64,000 nt of DNA. Origin: Glycera tridactyla. Taxonomy: Eukaryota. The stretch spans positions 100,440,001-100,504,000 of the forward strand of contig OZ286464.1 in the NCBI GenBank assembly GCA_965644265.1. Direction: 5' to 3'. Position numbers and translations under genes: made by a program. The notes beneath the pieces were generated by a model that worked only from the letters and a program-made list of their open reading frames with translations, ran no database searches and had not been told where the DNA came from. Positions 50,361 through 61,708 of the stretch are shown one piece after another (within the stretch, counting starts at the first letter, position 1; the number at the start of each line of letters is the position of its first letter).

Positions 50361-51909
50361 CTAAGCTCTCATTTACTCAGACAATCAATGTCAACAGTGA
50401 TGTCAACGCTGGTTCCCCTTTTATACGTTTGGGGGGTGAGATAGGCAAGTCAGAGTCCAGCATGAGACAGTGCAGATGGTCGAAGACCTAGATAAAACTT
50501 GACATTTTTACGGTGAGAGTGACAAGACAACATATATACATGTATACAAGTAATATCGAGTTCATGGTTACTCATGCTTGGATAAGACTCACAACCTGGT
50601 TCCAGGTTCGAAATTGGCACACCACAGGTAGGTTCCATACACACGCTAGGATGCGAGTAAGTGAGCCACATGAGTCACTAACACGAACACAGATGCGTGC
50701 TTTATTAGGATATTACACACCACCAGACAAATTTGCATTTGATTCCTATGATTCTTCTTACCCAAAGATTGCGCAACTCTTGATGTAAGAAGTGGGTATT
50801 TAGTTAACACAGCGCGTTTGTAGCTGCTGGGCTGATATGTGTAAGTGTGGCCATATGTAAGCAAGTGAGCAGGAGCACGAACGCTTGTGCGTTCAACATG
50901 TGTCAGCATGCGCATGGAGTATCCCAGTGCCTATGTGCCTTTGAGCACTGTGTTGGTGCATGCACAAGCGATTACATTTGGGTGCATACACCTTTCACTG
51001 AGATCGAGAATTGGCCATAAGCAATGTTTGGGCATATAGCAGATAGTAGGATGTCATAGGAATACACATGATGGTGTCACTTGTTCTATTGGTTCCAGCC
51101 TCTCGTCCCAAGCATGATCGGTTACTTTCATGACACTGACACTTTAGGTCACGTTGGGACACCTCATGACCTTAGCATGCTTCACTGGAAATAAATCGAC
51201 ATGGTCTTGGTTAACAGTTGATCATAGTAACCCAACCGTGAGGTCCCTGCCTAGTCAACCATTTTCTTATCACTGATGCCTGATCTACACAGTATAACAA
51301 AACTAATGTACCAGCCTGGCTATGCAGACATGTGGCTTAGGATGCAATGAGTATGACATTAGCTATGAGATGTGGTGATAGTGGGGAGAAGTGAGATGAT
51401 ATGAATGGGATGTGGTGAGAATGGGAATGAAAGTGAAAATGAAAAAAAAAAAAGATGAAAAAAATTGAAGATGAGGAGAAAGGATGAATTAATGTGCGGT
51501 CACCGCCGTGTTGTCAGAGTGTCGGTAGTGTAGGGGACTCATATGTGCTACACATAGAGATGAGATAGCTGTTTTCGTTCAGGCAATAGGGCGTCGCATG
51601 GCGTATCACAGTTCCTTCATCAGTAGGTGATCGGACCACTCGGTTGACAGTTCCTCAGTTGATGCCAGCTGAACTGGGATGGGGCATAACCATCTGTGGG
51701 TAGCATCTGTGGGGTGTTGCGGGATTGCTGACCTATCAGAGCGAGTGCCAGAAGGGGTTAGAAGGTATTGCCAGCAGTGTCAGACCTGATAACAAGCCAT
51801 TCACCATGATGTTGTAACGTTACGTGTTGGAATGGCTAACCGGCAAAACTGGTGCCAGATGCTTAGATTCGTTGTGATATTTCAACACACCGGGAGCCGA
51901 GTGTGATAC

Positions 51910-52378
51910 ATACACTAGATGTCGCCAGCACGGTCCCATCTAGGCATGACCAACAATCTGTGACCGGGTAAGAGCTAGTACACGCAGGAGTTGTGACGTT
52001 GTGACATTTCAAACCAAATGGAGCCGACTGAGATTGATACACAAGATGTCGCCAGCACGGTCTCATCTAGGTATGACCGACAATTTGTGTCCAGGCAGAA
52101 GTAGTACAAGCAGGGATTGTGACGTTGTGACATTTCGAACCAGATGGAGATTGATACACTAGATGTCACCAGCATGGTCTCATCTAGGTATGACCAACAA
52201 TTTGTGTCCGGGCAAGAGGTAGTACACGCAGGAATTGTGATGTTGTGACATTTCAAACCAAATGGAGCCGACTGAGATTGATACACAAGATGTCGCCAGC
52301 ACGGTCTCATCTAGGTATGAATGACAATTTGTGACCAGGCAAGAGGTAGTACATGCAGGAATTGTGACGTCACATTTC
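51910..52378. repeat. 115-128-bp tandem repeat, ~3.7 copies
   Basis: gatgtcgccagcacggtctcatctaggtatga recurs. Confidence 0.9.
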
Positions 52379-52692
52379 GTAGTTGATTCACTTTAACTAG
52401 ACCTTCTCGTTGTAGTAGCGTCTACGGCTACACTTCCACCAGTCCATCACGACCGGCAGGATATCGCTCAATAGTGTGAATTTTCCATCGTCATTGAGAT
52501 GGATATTATCATTGGCCATGAAAGCGCTTATCACATCTTTGCGTTCGTCCGACGCTGGATAGTATAGAGACTTGGTATACAATTGGCGGGTACAGTGGGA
52601 CTTTTTCAGTGTGGCGTACATATGGTAGTCAAGCCATTTCGCTACCTGCATTGCATCACTACACCACCATGATCTGCGAAGAATAGGCACAA

Positions 52693-53758
52693 CTCACAGC
52701 TTGGTTGTAGTCACCCCAGATATGTCATGTAGTCGAGGGTAGGTACCCTCACAGCTTGGTTGTGGTCGCCCCAGATATGTCATGTAGTCGAGGGTGGGTA
52801 CCCTCACAGCTTGGTTGTGGTCGCCCCAGATATGTCATGTAGTCGAGGGTAGGTACCCTCACACCTTGGTTGTAGTCACCCCAGATATGTCATGTAGTCG
52901 AGGGTAGGTACCCTCACAGCTTGGTTGTGGTCGCCCCAGATATGTCATGTAGTCGAGGGTAGGTACCCTCACACCTTGGTTGTAGTCACCCCAGATATGT
53001 CATGTAGTCGAGGGTAGGTACCCTCACAGCTTGGTTGTGGTCGCCCCAGATGTGTCATGTAGTCGAGAGTAGGTACCCTCACAGCTTGGTTGTGGTCGCC
53101 CCAGATATGTCATGTAGTCGAGGGTAGGTACCCTCACAGCTTGGTTGGGGTCGCCCCAGATGTGTCATGTAGTCGAGGGTAGGTATCCTCACAGCTTGGT
53201 TGTAGTCACCCCAGATATGTCATGTAGTCGAGGGTAGGTACCCTCACAGCTTGGCTGTGGTCGCCCCAGATATGTCATGTAGTCGAGGGTAGGTACCCTC
53301 ACACCTTGGTTGTAGTCACCCCAGATATGTCATGTAGTCAAGGGTAGGTACCCTCACAGCTTGGTTGTGGTCGCCCCAGATATGTCATGTAGTCGAGGGT
53401 AGGTACCCTCACACCTTGGTTGTAGTCACCCCAGATATGTCATGTAGTCGAGGGTATGTACCCTCACAGCTTGGCTGTGGTCGCCCCAGATATGTCATGT
53501 AGTCGAGGGTAGGTACCCTCACACCTTGGTTGTAGTCACCCCAGATATGTCATGTAGTCAAGGGTAGGTACCCTCACAGCTTGGTTGTGGTCGCCCCAGA
53601 TATGTCATGTAGTCGAGGGTAGGTACCCTCACACCTTGGTTGTAGTCACCCCAGATATGTCATGTAGTCGAGGGTAGGTACCCTCACAGCTTGGCTGTGG
53701 TCGCCCCAGATATGTCATGTAGTCGAGGGTAGGTACCCTCACAGCTTGGTTGTGGTCG
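52693..53758. repeat. 55-bp minisatellite, ~19 copies (unrelated to the 25.7-kb unit)
   Basis: Unit cccagatatgtcatgtagtcgagggtaggtaccctcacagcttggttgtggtcgc. Confidence 0.97.
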
Positions 53759-54330
53759 TCCATCCAAGGACGAGCAGCAGCGACAGGCCTTGTATTCATC
53801 AGGCAGCAACGAGGAGGTACCTTGAAGCAAGCACACATAGGACGACAGACTCACTGATCGTGTCTAATATTGGTTTTTGTTTGTTCACAGATGGCATGAG
53901 TTGAGAGTATACAGCCTGTTGAGGAACAATATGCTTTGAGACAAAACGTCAAGATGGGTTCATTCATGAAAAGCAACCTTAATATGCATCACGCAATAGA
54001 TAGCAACAAGGATATCCTGTTTGATAACCCGTCAATATCTACGTAGATATCACCCGTAGGCCCTGATTCTCACGGAAACGCCCGGAAGCAAACAGTGAAA
54101 TTGATATTAGGCTATACTGAAAACAAGTGAGCAATGATGCTGTAATTATGTTATAGCAGTACAGGGAGATTATGTGATTTGTCAACACAGATGTTAGTTC
54201 CTCCCGGAAGTAGTTTTCCATTATGTATGGTTGCATCCAACTATGCAAATACTGTCGCCCAGTACACGCTGGTCTGATCCTTCACAAGAGAGCCCAGTCT
54301 TCTGACTGCTGGCTTTTGAAGAGGGCGAAT

Positions 54331-54661
54331 ATGAGTGAGATGCATACAGCGCTATTTCTTCTCACATTACTATGTCCTGCCTCAGTTTTGCATGGTCTTG
54401 ATCATGGATACTTCCAAATGATTGATGGTATGTCGGGCAAGTTACCGGAGCAGTCGTTGATGGAAGGCCGTCTCATTCTTGAGAGGACTGTCCAAACTTT
54501 ATTAGAATGTGCCTCCGGATGCATCAGCCACGCCCTGTGTGTATCATTTGAGGTTATCCCCCATCAAAATGGAGGATGGTCGTGTCGCCTCCTTGACAAC
54601 ATGGTGCTCCATCCAGATCTATTGACACATCAGCTAGAAGGAGCCATATACTTCCACAAAG
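54331..54661 (+). CDS. Gene C exon 1: signal peptide + PAN/Apple domain
   Basis: MSEMHTALFLLTLLCPASVLHG leader; same four PAN cysteines; donor AAAG|GTAGGT; 331 nt (one extra codon). Confidence 0.88.
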
Positions 54662-55599
54662 GTAGGTCAACATACACTATTATACCATATCTCCTCTACC
54701 TCGACAGGGCAATTCCAGATAATTACTTTTAACTATGAGCCTTTCTTCCATAAAAATGACCAAGAAGAGCAACATATTTTTGTATCATTGCAATTGGAGA
54801 AAAGTATGGGGCACACAGAAACCTAGATGAATAAAGATAAATTGACTCTAATATCATGTGCCTTTCATCCATGGTGGTAAGACACAGGGTGAACTTTCAT
54901 CATCTGTGTCGTCATCACCATTAGGTCATTCACAAATCGCATGAGTTAAGAGCACGCAATGCAGCTTGTCTAGGAGGCTATACTGAGCATATCCCACCAG
55001 TTATCACTTTGGGAAATCGTCAAAACGAGTTCATTCATGAAAAGCAACTTAATTCTATCATAAAAGTGACAAAATGGATAGGTACAAGTTGATTATGATG
55101 ATACACACGCAGAGTATATGGGACAGCCATTATCATTATATTGGGAGACGTGGCAAAACGTCTGTCCTGGAGGCCGATATGCGGATTTATTTATTTATTT
55201 ATTTATCTATCCATTCATTTATTCATTTATTCATCTATTAATTCATTTATTTATCTATTCATTTACCTATCTATTTATTTATTCATTTAATCATTTATTT
55301 ATCCATCCATCGAAGTCCAATTCCAAAGAATGCATGATATATTGAGATATCACGAGTTCTGCATGTTCGGCTGTCGGCGACCTATTGAAACTAAGATGCA
55401 TTGCTCTCAGGATTCTTTCATATTTGAAGCACCTTATTTTCAAGCTGTGTCAGGACCACCTGAAGATGATTCGGATAATAGGGTTCCAGGAGTACCTGCC
55501 TTTTTGGTTGCTTCCATAGAGATCCTGGTTCAAGGTGATTCAAAATTGTCATCAAAATATAAGAAGGATAATTCCCTCTCTCCTCTCAATGGGTTTTGA

Positions 55600-58500
55600 G
55601 ATTACCCTGACAGGATACATTAACTGATAGGGTCCATCTGTAAGCAATCTTCCATGTAATGGATTCCCTAGAAATTGCAGGTCTCAAACGGAGGAGAAAG
55701 ATTATTTTGTAGGCTTACAAAATGGGGTTTCAATTGGTTGGTATATCTATTGGTGTTCTTATTGTCACTTCAAAACTAAATTATATCATTGAGTGTATTT
55801 CTTCAATGAATTTTTGTTATCCTTCGTATTCATGTGGGAGCATACTCCTCAGGCTCGTGCTCTACAAATTGGAGTCTGAACTTTATGCTATGGTTACTCC
55901 TAAGATGAATGAATATAAATCCATGGTATAGAGTTTCACATCTCAAGGGAAAGCACAGGGGCGGGAAAGATTGTGGCTTCTGGATATGCATAGAATGTTC
56001 TCATGGGGGCTGTTTTCTGTCCTTCATATATATTGTTTGATACCGATATTCCATGTGAAGCAGGATTCAAGATTACTGGAAATGTCGGGAATATCAAATA
56101 TATGGAATTTCAACATATAAGTAATAGTCTCTTCTTATGTTTGTATTTGTTGACATTCCAATATTGAAGAAAGAAATCTATGAGAATGTTCAAAATAATC
56201 ACTACCTCGAATTATCCTCCATGGGTTTTCACCTTATTCCGATACCAATTTGCGATGCTAGGGTGAAAAAATGCTCCCCTTTTGGCCTTGACAGTTTTCA
56301 GTACCGTGTCAAATTGGCATTTCAGCGAATAGCCTTTCTTTAGCATTACCACCACTACTTCTATTAGCCATTATATAGCCAATAAGCATCAATCAATTGA
56401 AAAGAAGTAGATTATGCCTGGCATCATCAGGAGATATTTCTATCTTTGTGCATGTATGGCTGTCAGCCAGGTAGCCAAGTAAACGTATAGTAGACACCAA
56501 CCGATATGAATCATACATTTGTAAGTGTTTTTTATTTGTTTGTGCTTCAACAGCATGTGTGAGCCAAGATGTTTATGTATCCCGTGAGCTCCTCATAAAA
56601 CTAACTGTTCTGTGTCCTGCAGGCATCAATTCACAGACCCTGAGCACATGATGATGGGGACCTGAAAGGATGTCAAGTGGAAGTGGCTGGGGGTTCAGAC
56701 ACACCTCTGCTTACTGAACATAACTTCATAAACCTATATCACATCAAAATCTGTAATAGACTGGAAGCTATCATTTAAGCATGATGGCAATGCAGTGCAG
56801 CATTGGGTTCGCAGAATAGTGTTCATTTGTGTTCAATTTTGAACTGCTCCAAACCAACTTTACAATTATGCCGTACAATGCCGTCACACAACCTATTCGT
56901 AGCCCGAGTAACCCAAAACTGGCGTGACTGGTGTGCACTTTCTGCCTATTGACAATATCCACCACAGGCAAACCGTCCGTGACTTACACCTGAGACCATT
57001 TCACTGAAGAAATAAGAAAGAGGAGCTCAAGAGGTATAGAGAAGAGGTGACAGAAGAAACCTGGTGATAGTTTTATCCTGGTAGAGAAAGCCTGGACACA
57101 GATGACAACAAACTTCGAATATGTTCCCAACACCAAGAGCTATTGGGATAAAAGAGAAGGGATGATGCTACACCTAGGCCAGATCATCCCCCATGACCAC
57201 CCTTCAGAATAAACGTCCCAACGTCCATTGGCGACTACCATCAATAGAGACCCTGGATTGCCACCCTGAACATACACATGTAATTGGACAAGACAGACCT
57301 GACGTATGCAGTGCACACATCATATGCAAGGACAAAGCCTTTGTTGTAGCCTACATACCTGGCCGACTATTTGATCAAGGTAGACTGATGTAGGCGACGA
57401 CGGATGCAACAACAAAATTGACTGCCCAGGGAGACTCCTTTAGACAGATAAGCAAGGTCAGCAAACTGGCAGTTACCTTCACCCAGTTGCTCTAAAACTC
57501 AATTCTGAAAAAGAATACCAAAATACTTCTGTCCTGTGAAGTACATGTACAAGTGTGATTAGAAGAGACGACCTGCCTCTAACACCAATAAGTATAATGT
57601 GACGAACACACAATGTACGGAAACAGATAAATGATGCACAGCTGTCATTTTCGAACAAGCCGTATGTATCGTGTTCGAATTCGCATGCATATAACCATGT
57701 GCCATCATCTTCAAATCTGTTTCTGGCAAAACTGTCACCAACCGATCTTATCCTATCCGATATTTGAAAAAAAATCGTCCATCGTGGAGATTAAGCAGAC
57801 GGGCAATTGAAGAGATTCAGTCTACTGATTGCCTCGTCTTTGGTACTTATTACCAAACAACACAGCGTTTTTCAGATGATGCCCAAGTACCATAGTCCCC
57901 TCATATTTGCATGAGCAGGTCCTGGTGAGATTTCGCGGCAGGATCAACAAGGGCAATATGTTTAAATTTCATTCATTCTACATGAATCCCTTATTTTATT
58001 CTACTGATATATCATATGTGGACAGTTTATCCGGGCGTTCGGTCAGTCATAGTGCTAGTGATGCGTGTATGGATACGCTAATATTCAGCTATATCACTGG
58101 GGGAAGAGATGAGTGGACGGCATCGGCAGCCAGAAATTGTCGCATTGAAGGCAGTCAGCAACATGTGGGACCATGTCCAAATACCAATCATGCAAGATTC
58201 TATCCGGCAGGTTTGGTCCTCTTGTATATGAGTATTGTGGAGATTGTATGTTCTGGCAGCTAAGACTTAGAATGACCAATAAGATAATTCCACGCCGTCT
58301 TATAGGTCAAGTGATTTATACCATGAACGAACCTGACTTGATATGCTGGCAAGACCTTTGTCAAGGCTGCTAAATTCCATGATCTTAGTGACTTGTTTAC
58401 TCAACTTTTTATTGGTAGACACCAATCCTGTATACGCATCTGATGGTGGACTTTACTGTACACTAGCTCTGTCCCTTGATGTTCCTTCGCTGCGTTGAAG

Positions 58501-58770
58501 ACTAATCCTGTGTACGACAAGCTTTGTATTGACATTAGTATTGTTGTACAATTGAGCTGTTCTGATGAGCTGATCATGGTATGATCCATATATGGAAAGT
58601 ATGGGTGTTTCTGGATTCCTGAACAATGGGCTGACAATATAACTCTTTCAATATGGCGAAATGACATTGAACCACAGCCACTCAACCAACCAACCACCTT
58701 GAATTATCTCATCTGTCCAAAAGACGGCCTTCAATTTTATGTATATTGCTGCTGACTGGGTTCAAATCCT
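55600..58770 (+). pseudogene. Two plus-strand NACHT-like relics in gene C intron 1
   Basis: YLLVFLLSLQN, IHGI (55920-55935, reverse complement of the 25525 motif), PSYILFDTDIP..FKITG; the second unit is collinear with 32550-34650 (MYIAADWV). Confidence 0.4.
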
Positions 58771-59717
58771 GGTTCACACGCTCACCCAAATCCATGAGTT
58801 CATCCCTCGGCAGGCCTACTCAGGCTTGGACCATTCTCATTTCGAGACACTGTGTAACTTCAAGCAATAGATTCATCTTGCTTACCGTCAACAGCCAAGT
58901 CAAGTTCCAAATCCGAACTGACTCAATTCAAGTGGTAAGGTACCGAAGCTCTACATTATACACAGATGTCCATCCCGGGTGATCTCTTTTGGTATGCCAT
59001 CAGTTCTGTCCTCTACAGGAGTCACTCCCACAATCCCTGCATACGAAATGATGGGAACCAGAAACATTGTCAAGTGGTAGTAGCTGACAGTCCAGACACA
59101 CCACTCCCTCTCTTACAAGAACATTGTGAACGTGAAGATGACATATCTGAATTCATCATCCGATATCGAGTCTAGGGTGTAGGTAACCCTGTCGCCTCAC
59201 GAGCAAAATGCACATGTGTTCTTTTGGAACAGAAGACGTATCACCATGGTCACATGATGGGTACACGTCATTGCTGAATTGCCAGAAAACAACCAAGGTC
59301 AAGGGTCAACAGGTACTTTCATAGCATACAGAGAGACGTGGTGACAATAGGCCCATCATACGTTTCGCCATTCTCAATGGGATTTTCAAGCTCTGAAGGT
59401 TTTTGAATTTTGAATTCAATTTGTAGCCACAGGTATTCTTTATAAATGTAACTGGCAGGAAGCTTTCACTCAGGCCTGATAGCAATGCATCATTTTGAGC
59501 CAAGAGTGGTGCTTGTAACAGAGGAAAGCTTCAGGTGTGGGGTGAGAAGGATGGGGGGATCATATAGATTGGTGCACTGGTGAAGGTTTGGTATTCAATC
59601 ATGAACCTTTGAAGCCTTCAGTCACGTTACCTGATAAACACTATTCTGTTCATGTCAGCTGGAGTACAATCATGGACAACTGTTCATAACCCATCTATCC
59701 TCTCCTCTGATTTACAG

Positions 59718-59857
59718 CTGTTCCGGACTTTGAAGAATATGGCTGCTATTCTCAACTTAATCCCATGATGACAGTGATGGTGGAGAACTTCAGAGTGGAT
59801 ACTAATCATCAGATGGTGTGGATGCCATGGCCGTCAGCAATGAATTATATTGCTCAG
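59718..59857 (+). CDS. Gene C exon 2: WSC-like N-terminal half
   Basis: tttacag|CT; (A)VPDFEEYGCYSQLNP..VENFR..PWPSAMNYIAQ; CAG|GTGAGT; 140 nt. Confidence 0.9.
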
Positions 59858-59925
59858 GTGAGTTGTACGGGCTGACCATTAAGACAGACAGTCTGGCAGA
59901 CAAGCCAGATATACAAACTCACAAA

Positions 59926-60183
59926 NNNNNNNNNNNNNNNNNNNNNNNNNNNNNNNNNNNNNNNNNNNNNNNNNNNNNNNNNNNNNNNNNNNNNNNNNNN
60001 NNNNNNNNNNNNNNNNNNNNNNNNNNNNNNNNNNNNNNNNNNNNNNNNNNNNNNNNNNNNNNNNNNNNNNNNNNNNNNNNNNNNNNNNNNNNNNNNNNNN
60101 NNNNNNNNNNNNNNNNNNNNNNNNNNNNNNNNNNNNNNNNNNNNNNNNNNNNNNNNNNNNNNNNNNNNNNNNNNNNNNNNNNN
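59926..60183. other. Assembly gap
   Basis: Run of N. Confidence 1.
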
Positions 60184-61229
60184 TCATTTTTGTTTGTTTG
60201 TAAAGACTTTTATTTGTTGCATTGACAAGATTGTCACAGTGGATGTATACAAAACAAATGATAAACCCAACTAAAGCGATCAGAAGATCGGCCAAGTTGG
60301 ACACGTCCAAAATAATGGCATAAAAAAATAAATTTTCTGAATGATACTGGAAAGAGGAAGAAATTAGCGCTAGAGAGACTAATCTGGCTAGGATGGTTGG
60401 TTGGTTGTGGTTTAATGTCACGTCAGCACCGTTTGAGCTATGTCATGATGCCCATGCAAGGAGAATGGGTGCTATCTTCAAAGACCCTTCCGTCTGGGTC
60501 CCAGATTTATGACATTCACAGACACTATCTGGTCAGGAGATGAGTTGTTTAAATATAAGTGAGTTACTTTTTCTTAAGACACATACACAAGTTCGAGTTG
60601 TGTATTGCACTGAAAATTAGGCTTATTCCATAGATGCATACCGGTAACTTCGTACACAAGTTTTATAGTGTAAGCAGTGACGAAAATACTAGTCTAATTT
60701 AATGGTCGTTGGATAGAGTACCTAGCAGATGAAATACATAATCAATATCTAGTTTGGGAACTAGTTCTTTACCTTGATCCTCAAACCAGTTTTTGAATTG
60801 ATCTCCAGAATACTTATGAATATACGGTTCCAAGGAGCGCAACTCGTAGGTGGAAATTTGCACTTGCGAAGGTAGTATTAGATAAATCAACCTCTAAATG
60901 GCCTCCAGTGCATTGCCTCCTATATCTGGTACTTTCATCGCCAATTGGTGTAAATATATATGTTAGTGACATTTCGGATGCTTCATTGTGAAAGGTGAAC
61001 ATCGATAACCACATTACGGACTCTGATTATATATAATAAAGGAATGTCAAGTTGATCATGTAAAACTACTCACTCACACCGGCAACGCTTCGCTGACAGT
61101 TGTTCTGCGACACCTGTAACTGATTTGCATGAGTGATATATGTGCCATCATGATGTACTCAAAATTAGGATAGCTGGGGGGGGGGGTTATAAGTGTATAA
61201 TACCATTGAATGGACACGTTCTGTGGAAA

Positions 61230-61700
61230 GATACTTTCGTATGCAAGCTAGTTCTCCGACGTGAATTACTATGTTGCTCAAACAAAAGGTTCTCATCCAA
61301 CATAATAGCAGGGTATTTGTATGTAGCAACACGTCGGATCTCCTCTTGGTTAAATGTGATCCCAGTAGTATTGATGGCATGGACTGGCAGGCGGTACCCA
61401 AGAACATGAGATTCGATTTCTAATTCTGAGTGGTGTATTGCGTCGTAGCCTATGTCCTGTTCCAAAAAGCATCACATTAGATTTTTCAACATTAACTGTT
61501 AATTGGTGAATGTTGAGCCATTTTGAGATGATTCCAATTTCGAAGTTCAATTTTACACTAACCTCAGCTGAGTTGCTGCCACTTACAAGCAGAGCGGTAT
61601 CATCTGCGTATAAGAAGGGTCGTGATTGTTCTGTTACATTAGAGATAACATTCACATATAATGAGAATAATAGGGGCCCCAGGATTGATCCCTGGGGTAT
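61230..61700 (-). mobile_element. Old LINE RT fragment
   Basis: IPQGSILGPLLFSLYVN..LYADDTAL..LTVNVEKS..YKYPAIMLDENL. Confidence 0.88.
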
Positions 61701-61708
61701 ATAAATTC

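Noticed and set aside
11857-53758. Regular arrays as CRISPR loci
   Set aside because: Units are head-to-tail with no unique spacers, there are no cas genes, and the context is eukaryotic with spliced genes.
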